Assembly: GCF_009834535.1 (NCBI RefSeq)
Contig: NC_045697.1
Coordinates: 7,876,001 to 7,940,000 of the forward strand
Direction of reading: 5' to 3'
Length of the DNA: 64,000 nucleotides
Origin: Camelus ferus
Lineage: Eukaryota
The position numbers were made by a program, and so were the translations under genes. How positions within the stretch are numbered: the first letter of the stretch is position 1; each line of letters begins with the position of its first letter. Below are positions 12,740 through 24,381 of this stretch, piece by piece. The notes beneath the pieces are model-generated. The model made no database searches. It was not told the origin of the DNA and saw only the letters and a list, made by a program, of their open reading frames with translations.

Positions 12740-13570
12740 ATGTGAAGATTTATTTTTAAGGAAATTATAGAAAATAAGACAGAATAGAAAGTACACACTG
12801 GGTCATTTTCCCTGTGAACAAATTGACTAGACGAGAGTAGGAAAGCTGGTATCAGAGAGAAGAGAAAGTCCACACATTTCAATAGAAGAATGAGAATATG
12901 AACATAGATGCAGGCAGGCCAGAATCTCCCTCGTGCGAAGACAAAATCCTGCTTAAATGATCGGCTTCATGCAGTAGCAGTAGCTCTGGTCATCCGTTAC
13001 CCTTGTGTGTGGGCACAGGGGATGCTGAAATTTTTAGAAGGGAAAGAAATATGTGAAGTAGTTTTCTGAGAGAGGAGAAAATATGCTTGTTTAGAAAGTC
13101 TGGTTCTTACTTAGAAAAAGATGGTTGTTACAGATTGGGGCACTTAAAACAGATATCTTAGAGACTGAGCAGTCACGGATGGGACAAGATCTAGCGTACG
13201 TCTCTGGGAGTGGGTACCAGAAAACGGGAGCAGGGAGGGACAAGGTGATTGGAGGGGGAGCGTTAGGAACACGACAGTGGAGGGTACTGGATAATGTCAT
13301 CACAGTGGTGGTGAAGACCCCCAGCAGTGTCAACAGGACTTAGGGGTAGCGAGGAAGACTGTGCAGCAAGATCTTAAAGACATCGACGGAGAAGGGCTAC
13401 TGACTGGTGAGCAGCTGATGACAGCCATAAAGGAGAAGGAAGCAACGGGTGATCAGACTGAATGACACATACTTAAAAGGAGGTTTTCGATCTGTATGTA
13501 GCTAGTGGAATAAATAGTTCAGAAGTTGCAATGAGGAGCAAGCAGAAGACTTACCCCACTACAAAAGCTA
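12740..13570 (-). mobile_element. L2 LINE fragment
   Basis: Purine-rich degenerate antisense L2 ORF2-type sequence. Confidence 0.5.
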
Positions 13571-14129
13571 CCTAAAGCTGGTGGCAAACAAAAGAGCATT
13601 TTTCTCTGCGTCTCACAAGCCACACACCCACAAGCATGTGCTTGTGCGTGTGTATGTTCTAACATATGTTGCATATAGCTAGTCTTATACACAATTAAAT
13701 AAATGCATATATGCTCAGATAATTAAATAGATTTATATCATTTCAATCGTTCTTTTTAACACAAGGGGTTAATTTACTACATCCAGTATAGAAAAGTATA
13801 CTATTTCAATATTTATAATAAGTAAATTGCTTATCCATGTTTAGTTTTATATATGTATCCATATACATGTGTGTGCATTGAATGTCTGCATTTGTTCACA
13901 CACTTGTTTAATTTGCCCTGCTAATTTATGCATTTTCAAAACTATGTTTGGACAGTTCAAGAAGACAGTGCTGTGACTCTATTAAAACATTACTTTTAGA
14001 AATGGACGTGCAGTGGCCTGGAGAAGAAAGGGGTGGAGGGATGGTCTGGGAGACTGGGAGGCATGAGACAGTACTGCTGACACCACTGCCTGCCTTTTCA
14101 ACATGCCTTCTTTCCTTGCTACCCAGTCC

Positions 14130-14530
14130 CAGTGCTTAAGTATCAAGCAAGGTTTGGCTTCAGGGGAGTTTGGCTTTCTTGCCTTATCAGAGTGTGAATC
14201 TTGATGGGGTTAGAACAACCCTGCTATTTCCCAGCCATAGCCAATGACTAGGAGTCACATGACTTCAGCACGCAACAGCACCAGGGAAAGGCTGCTGAGA
14301 GCTTCACTTCTGAGAATGGTTTCCTCTCTTGGGGAAAAAAAAAATGAGCTATTTAAGAAGATGGGGATGGGGCTATGCTGTCCCATTTTTGCTTCCAGAT
14401 GTGATGACCGGAACCATGGTAGCCACATTGGGACCATGGGTGGATTCTGCCAGGAGAATAAGCAAGAATATAAAAATTAAAGACAGCTAAAGAAGTGAGT
14501 TTTGGCCTCAACATGAGGTTCAAACTTAGA
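14130..14530 (+). mobile_element. Old MLT1 (MaLR) LTR fragment
   Basis: 'agccaatgactaggagtcacatgacttcagc...cttctgagaatggtttcct...gatgtgatgaccggaaccatggtagccacattgggaccatg'. Confidence 0.55.
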
Positions 14531-16434
14531 ATAATAGCAACCAAGAAAACAAATTTTTAATAAATTACGTATCATAATTATTTTCAACTGGCTGGACTTT
14601 CTCTTCTCCCTAGCATATGTTATCTATTAGTACTGGATACAATCAGTTGTCCCTAATTAAGAGGTAATAAGTTTGGAAGAAAACTGATATCTTTAAGCTA
14701 GGCATTAGGTTGTTGTTCGTGTTTAATAAAAACCCATCATTCTGGGGTGAATGGTATTCTCAAACATTTACACTAGTTGCAGCAAATAAAAACATAAACA
14801 AAAAAGAACTACCCAGAATAATAAGAATGCCTGATGTGTGGATAATGTTTTCCACTCACGAAGCACTTGTCAAATCATTTGCTCTGACTTAGAAGCCAGT
14901 CTTCTATCTCCTCAGCTAGTGCTCCTCCTACCACTGCCTCTGCCCGCGTAAATCTCACCATCTCAGGAGACACACAGATTGATGGAGCATGCAAATTTCT
15001 CTTTTCCTTCTGTTTGACTACAAACCATTTTTTTCTTGCAGAAGCAGGTGGGAAGAAAACTAAGTGTAAATAATAACAACACTTTCATTCTGTGAAACCA
15101 TTGAGAATTGTGAATCTGTCTCCAGGAGATGATGAAGGATGAAGCAGTGATATAGAGTGCAGGGGCCTCGCAAAGTGTCTCACCCGTTGCCTTGTAGACA
15201 GGTAACACATCATCCCTGGATTCAGGGCAATGGCTGATGTGCCGGATCAAATTTATATCGACAGTGGCAGCAGAGCAGAGCCGAAAAGAGAGGGAGGGAG
15301 GAAGAAAGAAAGGAAATTTTAAAATTCAATCTTACCACAGTGAGGTAAGATTTATATCATTTTATACATATACATACTAATATATTAATTGCATGTAAAA
15401 TTCTTATTACTATCTCCCCTATGGTATCTTACTTAAAAGTCCACGTCATTCTTGTTGGTACAGAAGACTAACAGAGAGATCCAGAGAGATATTTTTGAAG
15501 CAACGAGTGAACGTGAGATGTGCAAAGTGCTTTAAAGACTGTCTAAAGCATCTCTTTCACAGATGAACATCTCAGAGATACATATACTATCACACGTCCA
15601 GAGTGACATGGATAGTCGCAAAGTCGGGGCTGGAACCACACTGAGTTCAGAGCGTTAGCTAAAAATGCAAACCTTCATTCAGCATGCTCGTGTCTACTCG
15701 GGCTCTCCACACTCAGGTGGGTCACACATCTAGCAGTGGCCACATGAAAACGTAACCCAGAATGAAAGAGACTTAGGAGTCTGAAGAAAAAAAAATTAAC
15801 AGGTGGAATTTAAGTTATAAAGCCATAAAATGTTCATGAAATGCTGACTTCTCATGTTGGTTTCTTGGAAGGTTTCAGGTAGGCAGAGAACTGAGGGTCT
15901 TCCCGTGTACGGGAAATGATACGGACGCGTGAACACTAGTTTGGGTGGAAGACGGCCTCTTTCCCCAATATTTGGTGCACACCATGTTCCCCTTCCCCTT
16001 TCCTCATCTACCCTCTGAATTGTCACCTCATACAGTTAAAAAAATGTCCCTTGGAGTCACAAAGACTTGAATTTAAGTCTCAGCTCCTGTTCTCTTGTGA
16101 AATGTGGAAAAATGCTGTCAATTTTCTGGCCTTTAATTTGCTCCTCAAAACTGGCAATTGCACAGACCATGAGATAGCTCTGTACTAAATGTGAGCAACT
16201 ATAAAGACCCTAAAACCCTAGTTCAGTTCATAGAATGTAATACATGTGCAAAAATATCACTTTCCCTTCCCCTCCTCCTCATTTTTGTGTCATTTATTAT
16301 TCCGTTCTTTATCTTGTAGGTGTTTTCACAGACACTGTCCCACTGTCTTACATTAAAAGGTCCTTAAGGGTAGGAATCAAGTCATGTTGATTATTGTGTC
16401 ATCAGTCATTTTAAGAAAAAAAAAAAACAATTTC

Positions 16435-16734
16435 TCTGTGTGTCTAGTGGCAGTTCAAGTCTGAAATCCATCAGGGAATCTTTGGGAGATGAAACGGTAG
16501 CCCATAAGTGGGATTTCTTCTTCATCAGAGAAGCCTCAGTTTTGTTCTTAAGGCTTTCCAACTGATTCAATCAGGCACACACAGAATGCTGAGAATAATA
16601 TTAACTTAAAGTTTACTGATTGTAGACTTTAATCACATTTACAAAATATCTTCACGGCACACCTAGGTTACTGTTTGACTGAATAATTGGGAACCATAGC
16701 CTAGGCATGTTGACACAGAAGACTGACCACCACA
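16435..16734 (-). mobile_element. MLT2-family ERVL LTR
   Basis: Reverse strand begins 'tgtggtggtcagtcttctgtgtcaacatgcctaggctatggttcccaattattcagtcaaacag', a typical MLT2 5' end. Confidence 0.8.
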
Positions 16735-17074
16735 ACAAACTTAGTATCTTAACAGAGGAGGTCTTGATCACTTAATAAGAATAATTCATTTTTGTGTTGC
16801 ATTATATAATGTTCAAAGAGCTTTCAATGCATCATTTTATTGAAGGCAAGGCAAATATTGCTGATCCCATTTACTACAGAGAATACTGAGGCTAATGATA
16901 CCTGAATCAGTGCTCGAATCTGATTGTTGTTAAGTAGGGTCCGAGCCCATAACCCAGGTCCTTAAACTCTGATCAGCAAAAGGATGCGGCCTTGCTTCAT
17001 ACAAAGCCGCTTGCCTCTGTGGTGGCATTCTATTTCTAATGGAAAAAAGTTGTTCTAACTCTCTTCCTTACAGC

Positions 17075-17260
17075 CAGAATAGAGTCCACATCCTGAGATA
17101 GTAGAGTTACAATAAAATACAGAAGGAGTCTGGATCAACGAGTCATCTGGAATTTCAATGAACAAGAAATTGTATCGGCAAGAAATTAATTTATTTTGTT
17201 AAGCCACTGACTTTTGGAGGCTGGTGGTTAGCAGAGCATAACCTAGTCTGTGTTAACTAA
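17075..17260 (+). mobile_element. MLT1 (J/K-like) LTR 3' part
   Basis: 'attttgttaagccactgacttttggaggctggtggttagcagagcataacctagtctgtgttaactaat'. Confidence 0.6.
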
Positions 17261-17801
17261 TTATCTTCATTAACCACCTTAGGAAGTTGATTTAAGGATT
17301 TTATTGGATAAAAGACGTGAACTTGTTGGAAAAGGCTAAACATTATTGTGTTTTTAATCCTGCAGCTGTGTTTCAATTAAGTCACTGGCAGTTATAACAA
17401 GCCCAGACATCATGGCTGATTTCATTCAAGCAAATATTATTTATTTTTACAAGAAGTTTTACCAGCTGAATGTATCAAATTGATGTCTCAATTTTAATTA
17501 GGCAGAAAAGTTGAGATATCATACCAGAGAAACACAGCTGGAATGGAATTTTCAGGCAATAAACTAAGCTTTCAAACATTTTCTTTGGCCTTTCTACCCT
17601 ACTCTCCAGCCCAGGGTCAGACACATAATGACCGTCAAAGTATTTTTGTTTCTAAGACACTAAACTATTCTTGACTCATGTTCTGAACATCATATTAAAA
17701 TTAGTCCTATATACCAGTGTGTCCTAAACTGAATGCAGCAGGCATGAAACAGTTAAAGATTTGTCCGGCTAAGGGAGAAAGTTGTAAAAAATAATTTTTT
17801 T

Positions 17802-18090
17802 ATTTGAATTTCTCTGATAATTAGCAATAGTGAGCATTTTTTCATGTGCCTATGGGCTATTTGTATGCCTTTGTTGAATTGTTCATTTAGATCTTCTGCC
17901 CATTTTTAGATTTGCTTTTTATTATTATTATTATTAAGTTGTATGAGCTATTTATATATTCTGGAAATTAAGCCCTTGTCGGTCTCATCCTTTGCAAATA
18001 TTTTCTTCAGTTCTGTAGGTTGTCTTTTTGTTTTGCTTGTGGTTTCCTTTGCTGTGCAGAAGCTTATAAGTTTAATTAGGTCCCATTTGT
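17802..18090 (-). mobile_element. L1 ORF2 fragment, antisense (inverted 5' part of a composite L1)
   Basis: 'tttccttgctgtgcagaagcttataagtttaattaggtcccatttgtt'-type antisense L1 ORF2 sequence. Confidence 0.9.
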
Positions 18091-18484
18091 TTAGAACTAA
18101 GCTAGAAAAAGAAAAAAAAATATGATATCACTTATATGTGGACTATAAAAAAAAGACAAACAAACTTATTTACAAAACAGAAACAGACTCACAGACATAG
18201 AAAACAAAGTTATGGTTACCAGTGGGGAAGGGGGTAGGAAGGGATAAAATGGGAGTTCAAGATTTGCAGATACAAACTAATATATATATAAAACAGATAA
18301 ACAAGAAGTTCATACTGTATAGCACAGGGAACTATATTCAATATTTTGTGGTAACTTATGGTGAAAAACAACATGAAAACGAGTATGTGTGTGTTCCTAT
18401 GACTGGAGCATTGTGCTTTACCCCAGAAATTGACACAACATTGAAAACTGACTAGACTTTAATAAAAATAGAGAGAGAAAAAAA
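18091..18484 (+). mobile_element. L1 3' UTR, sense (camelid type), A-rich tail
   Basis: 'atatcacttatatgtgga...aaacagactcacagacatagaaaacaaa...gacacaacattgaaaactgactagactttaataaaaata'. Confidence 0.92.
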
Positions 18485-18899
18485 TGGGTATTTGGCCAAT
18501 GCTGCCTACATTCAAAAGTGTAATTTGAACTAGCTGAATCCCAATAATGTCCATTGGGGTGATGTGCTGTGTCTTCAGGAACTATTCAGCTTCTCTAACT
18601 TGAAAAGACTGTATTTTTTCCACAACCACCACTACAGATAGTATGCTGTTCAGAGCCTGTGCATGTCAACACAATTCAAATTACACCTGCATAACTTTGA
18701 GGAGAACAAAATCGATCAGAAGTTTCTGTTTAAAAGTGATAATTAAAATCAAAAGAAAACAGGTAAATTTATACTAGATCAGACTAGATACACTTTAAGA
18801 ACTATTATGTACAGTTCTTATCAGTAAAGGATATCACCTTGGCACTTAAAATCAAAATTATTGTATTTTGTACTTCTAAATTCTTTATAAATTATTTAA

Positions 18900-19140
18900 T
18901 AATAATAATAATAATGTTATAAAATTTCATTTTTTGACATCCTACTATAATTCAGAAAATGTGCAGGGGAAGTTATATATATTGCTCCAGTTAATATTCA
19001 CAGTAACTATGTGGGGTAAGTAAGTATCTTTATCCCTGTTTTATAGACAAAGACACTGAGATTCCTAAAAACTATAGAACTTGCTTAAGGTTTCGTAACA
19101 ACTAAGGCTTTGAAATAAGAAAACATATTTCCAGTTCTTT
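18900..19140 (-). mobile_element. MIR SINE
   Basis: 'atccctgttttatagacaaagacactgagattcctaaaaactatagaacttgcttaagg'. Confidence 0.7.
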
Positions 19141-19984
19141 CCATTTGCTACGAGAAGTCAGAAGTCCAAAATTTATATGAGATCACTCCATTTCTAACTT
19201 TCAGCAGCTAATTTAAAACACGTGTTTCACACATACATGCAGGCCAGATTTTCCCCATAGGCTGTCAGATTGTGGTCTTTATTTTTTGCAAGGATGAGTG
19301 ACTGTTGTCTAATGCAACTTTAGAAGTGCTTGGGAAGACTTTTATAACTTGCACCCCCTCCTTTGTTCACGGATGATTCTAAATCCATCACCATTGTGTA
19401 TGCCCTTACTCAACCCAGGAAGAATTAAAGTTTCAAAATGCCTATCCGTTTGGCAGGTACTCCTCTACCCAACCCCTGCACAAAGGAATGTTACAGGTTA
19501 CATAAGATATAAATGACTACACTTGGACTCCATGCCTAGGATGTAAAGAAGGGGCCAGTGAGTGTTTACGCATGTGGAGGGAGCTCCAGCGGTGTTGGAG
19601 GAATGATGCTGGAAGGGACAACAGCACTCCAGCTTCTTCCCATTTATAACCCTAATTAACCCTTGTAGTCAGGTAGGAAAGTTAAGGAATATTTTAATTT
19701 CAGTGTGTATCCACCAGACTGGACTCAGTGTGTCTAAGTCCGGGCTTACAATTTTTCTGTAGCACCATAAGAGATTTCATATAGGACCTAATTGTTGGCA
19801 TTTCAAAGACGCAAAGTAAAATTCCTGTTTCTTATTCCTATTGTCCAGAACTGATTAAGATATAGAGGGTGAAATCGTTTAGATGAAAATCAAACTATTG
19901 ATTTTATTGCTGGTGTGTACGAATTTGAGTTTGTAACTTAGATCTGTGTCTAACATAGACTTTTAAACAGTTTGCTCCTGGATT

Positions 19985-20315
19985 TCAACACAGAGCCACT
20001 CAATCCTGGCTTCACAGTCATATGAGGAGCTTCTGAAAACACTAACACCCAGGTTCCATCCAGCCGATTATGATTGAATTGGTCTTGGATAGAACCTGGG
20101 CTTCAGTGTACTTTGTGAAAGTTCCTCTTACGATTTTATCATATAGCTAAGAGGGAGAAAGACATCCTGGCCTGCACCAGAGCTTCTTGAAAACTTTGGC
20201 TGCATGTGCATCACACGAGAACCCTGTGAAAATGCCGATTCTGATTCAGTGGTCCTTGAGTGGGCCCAGCAGCGTCTGCATTGCTGGTCCCTGCTTGAAA
20301 CAGTGAGTGGCAGAA
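19985..20315. mobile_element. Two adjacent MER5-like hAT-Charlie MITEs
   Basis: 'ctcaatcctggcttcacagtca...cccaggttccatcc' and 'gtgaaaatgccgattctgattcagtggtccttgagtgggccc...tctgcatt'. Confidence 0.65.
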
Positions 20316-22479
20316 TCTAAACCCCTGAGATGCCCTGCCTTAGGGAGACAATGGCTGGCAGTCCGTCTCCTGCCAGCTGCGCCAAGAGAACTTGCTACCT
20401 TTGCTGCCTCCCAGCTGGGGCCAGTGAGATGTAGACCTCGGTACGTGGTTTTTTTTTAAAACATGGAACTCAACCTTGACCCTAGTAAGCTTTTGACATG
20501 GAGCCTGAGATGAAGCATAACGACCTCATTCTATGAGCAGAAAGATCCATGCGAGGCAGGACAGCCTTGAGCTACAGAGGAGCAGCCATGCCTCCTTCCA
20601 GTTGCACTAATCCTGGAAGTCACAGCTTTGTGACAGACGGTGAAAAGAAGCAGGGGGAGCACAGAAGCCATGTCGCCGATGTTTCCAAGAGGTTTGGCCC
20701 AGAGAGGAGCGTGGGGAGATGATAGGAGCTCCTGTCACCTAGCTCGTTATAAACTGTTTTGTGTTAACCCTTGGTTAAATCTTTGCTGAATAGATGACAC
20801 CCAGCTCCTTTAGTCTCTGAATCCCAAAGTTGCCTTTCAGTACTGTAATTCCAAAGAAAAAGATTTGTAGAAGTGTCATTCCAAGCTAGTGTATAATATA
20901 AGGTTATAATAAGGCTTTATAACCTAAGACAAACCTTTATTTTGTCTCCGACCATTTTGTTCTAGGTTAATTCACATTGAGCCTCAGTTCCATTATTCCT
21001 TCTAACCTACGACCTCAACCAACTTCTGACCAAGTAGCAGAATCTTTGGGGTTTTAAGAAAACTCTCCTAGATGGCCCTAATGTGACACCACAGTTGAAA
21101 ATCATGGATCTTTAAGATTTTGGAAGTAAAGTGTTAAGACATTTATCTGGCCACAAATTTAAGTGGCATAGACGAATTCAGGTGGAGTAGCTTTCTTGGC
21201 TGTTTTTCTGTCCCTTGTTCCGACCATGAGTGTAGAGGTCTTAGTGTTCCAGAGGCAGAGGGAAGGCCAGTGGTCCTTACTCAGTGCAGAGACTCTCTGA
21301 ACAGCGTCTTTGACCTGGGCATCCCCCTCTCCTATGTAGGAGGCAACTTTGGGCCTGACTTCATTCACCAGTTCCACAAGGCATCGATCAGTGAAGTGCT
21401 GCTGAGAAACCTCAAAAGTGCCACAGGCCAAGACAGACAATTCAAGGAGGAAAAAGACACACAGTCATCAAAAGAGGTCTTTAAAAATATTTCATGTATT
21501 TACAAACCACACTGGCACTTGACTCTCTGATGACTTGGAACAGTAACAGCCTCAGAAGTGAGGAGCCTGTTTTCATCTTGGAGGAGGAGTTTATTCCATC
21601 CACACTGATTATGGATAGTGAGATATTTCGTGTATGTTCCCATTCAAAGCCATGCCTTTATTTTTAGGGTAAACATTTTCACTTCTCTAAAGGCATTTGC
21701 ATTTTTGATTTACTGAATGCAGATTTGGTCATTTTGGGAAATACATCTTTAAAGTCTTTCTTCATTATTGACCCTAACTGGACCACTAGCCCTAAATCTG
21801 TTTCTTTATCTATAGTGAGTTAGTTATTGGTATATATCACACAAGTGTTTTTGTAAACCATAAAATATAGTTCACCTTACTTGTCATATGTGTTATGCAT
21901 TTGTATTTTCACCCTTACCACGATTTGCATGAATATAAATATCTATTAAATGGATTCAGTTATAGCATGAGTTGAGAAAAATGGTATTCAGTCGAATTCT
22001 GCATCATGGATAAGGAAGAAATTAACAGTGTCTTCTGGTAAGAAGCACTTAACACGCTGCACCAACATTTCAGATACCTACTGAGAGAGAAGAGTATTTG
22101 TGTGTTGGGCTTTCAGATGGAAGGATTTGCCCTCGACCGAGTAAAGGGGATGACGGGCCATGAACGTTGCCCTAATGACTGTCCTAATGACTTTCTAGCC
22201 TTGCCCAGTGAGACCAACAGTTGACTACACCCTGGTTTGCTGGGATATTTTATTTTTAATAAATACTGATTGATAGCAAAAAAAAAAAAAAGAATAAAAG
22301 AATACTAAAAAGAAATAAAAATCTGAATTCTACAAACTGTTCTCACATTTCATTGATTTGGGTTCGAATCTGAAGTCTGCCTTTTATGTCAGGGAAGTGG
22401 TTTTCTCACTTTAAGCCCCAGAATCCTAAACTCTAAACAAGGGAAGATGTCTCATCCATTTCTGGGATCCTACACTTTG

Positions 22480-24100
22480 GGGAGGAAAAACGCTGACGTG
22501 GTTAACAGATACCCAGAGTCTGGGAAAATGCAGTAGAAGCTGTTGCAGCTGGAGATTGGCTGGCAGCCCCTTCGCCCAGTTCCCACTCCCACCCACTCCC
22601 GTCCCATCCTTAGCCCCACTAACCTACCACAGATGTGTTACACACAGACCCGTCAAACTGGCCTCTAGACGAAGCATCACCAAAAATGTAATCCTTTTTT
22701 TCTCCCTAGAAAATATCTATTTTCAATCACCTTGTAAAGTTGGGACAGCTTCCGGGGGTCTGGCCTTGTTTGGAAATTCCGCTTCACCGCTTGAGTGCCA
22801 GACCCAACAGACACAGCCCTGACATCTATTAACAGCACGACAAATCGGCAGCAGCCATTTCTGGAAACAGCTCCTATCTTGACAGTGAAGGATGCCAGCT
22901 GAGAAACAGCCCCTCCAGTAACACTTCGTCATTCTTCGACATTGCTGACACATGCATGCACACAATGCGCACATACGCTGTGCTCGCACACGCAGGCTGA
23001 CATACGAATCAAGGAGCTTGCACATGGGGGTACCCGTGTTCCTCTCTGCACAGGTGTTCTCACACACACATCTTTAAGTACTTAAATTTGCACACACATG
23101 CATGCAACCCTCTGCAACTGCATGTGCACAGACACGCACATCTGCAAAAGCACACATGCAGAGGATCGGTCACCTGTGCACACACACCCAAGTGCACCCC
23201 TCTGGTTGCCCACAGCCTCATACACGTGCTTGCAAACCCAGCACTCTCAGAGACATGCACACAAAGTTCGCGGAGACCTAATTTCTCGGGCGATGTACTC
23301 CAGCGTGTGACTGCACACAGTGCAACCTGCACATGGAGGAGCTCATACAAACACAGGCACAGATACCCCTACGATGCAGGAGAGCAAAGTTGCAAAAGGC
23401 AGCTGGTTTCGCTCTGAAAATGACTATAAAATCCAGAGGAAGCTTTAATACATTTCACTGCGAATCACTTTATCGGCCACCGTTCTCTTTTTTTCTCTTG
23501 CCAATCAGGGCGCTGGAATTATGTTCACATAACAAGGTCTTGGAACGTTTAGTCCAACCAATATTTCCTTGATGTGGGAAGATACTGCCTCCCATGGCAG
23601 GTTTCAGCTGCTGTTTAGCCCCATTTACTCGGTGGGGAAACTCTTCACGGATGTTCAGGCTTCATGTGTTTCGCCACCAATTGCATCTATTTATGTCTTC
23701 CAGCACCTACAATCGCTTCTAACAGTTTTCAGATCACTGGTTAGAGAAGAAGAAAGGCTGCTCTTCCCAGTCTCCATATTTTTTTTTATGCCTTAAAGAT
23801 GTTTGGAAAACTAAACATCTTTATCTATTAGCTTTATTTATTAGCACTGGCTTTGGGGCAAGTGAGCAGGAAAGAGGGGGGAGGAGTGTGCTGTCGTCCT
23901 CTCTGTAAGCAAGATCAGCTGGAGTCAGAAAACAGCACCCCGGTAACAGAGTGGCTTTATCTATTCAGGCTAAAGCCGCACTCCTGGCATCCCGGGGGGC
24001 AATCATTTAGCAGGCGATGAAGTGAGGTGCGATGCGTCACTGGAGTCTAGGCCAGAATACAGGTCCCTCCACCGGGCACCTCTGTGACTCAGGGCAATGG
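22480..24100. promoter_or_regulatory. Candidate promoter/enhancer block
   Basis: Visibly more CpG than flanks; TGACGTGG 22494-22501; CAGCTG E-boxes; reverse CCAAT 22555-22559; TATAAAA 23425-23431; GCCAATCAG 23500-23508; C-run cluster 22567-22617. Confidence 0.35.
22945..23360. repeat. Degenerate (CA/TG) alternating purine-pyrimidine low-complexity tract
   Basis: Repeated 'cacacatgcatgca', 'gcacacac' and 'tgcaca' units. Confidence 0.8.
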
Positions 24101-24381
24101 AATTTAAGCTCTGAGATTTGGGTGCCTTCAGTGTAAGATGAGGATGATAACCTCTCACTGAAGTTTTGTGACAGAGAGCAGTCGGTATAATCTTTAGGGC
24201 ACTCAAAAATCATTAGACACTTTTACCTTTTCTTCAATTATTGTCCGCAACACAATCGACTTAGTCTTTGTATTAAATCCTAAACCAGTAATCCTTAACC
24301 TATAACAGGATTCATATGGTTTACAGCCTCAAAAAGGGGTCATCTTATATTCTTCCACACTTATCTTCCCCTGAGGGGTAT

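Noticed and set aside
20901..20925. 9-bp inverted repeat aggttataa/ttataacct
   Set aside because: Short and AT-rich; expected by chance in 64 kb
22723..23417. Overlapping Cys/His-rich ORFs resembling metal-binding proteins
   Set aside because: Artefact of the CA/TG low-complexity tract
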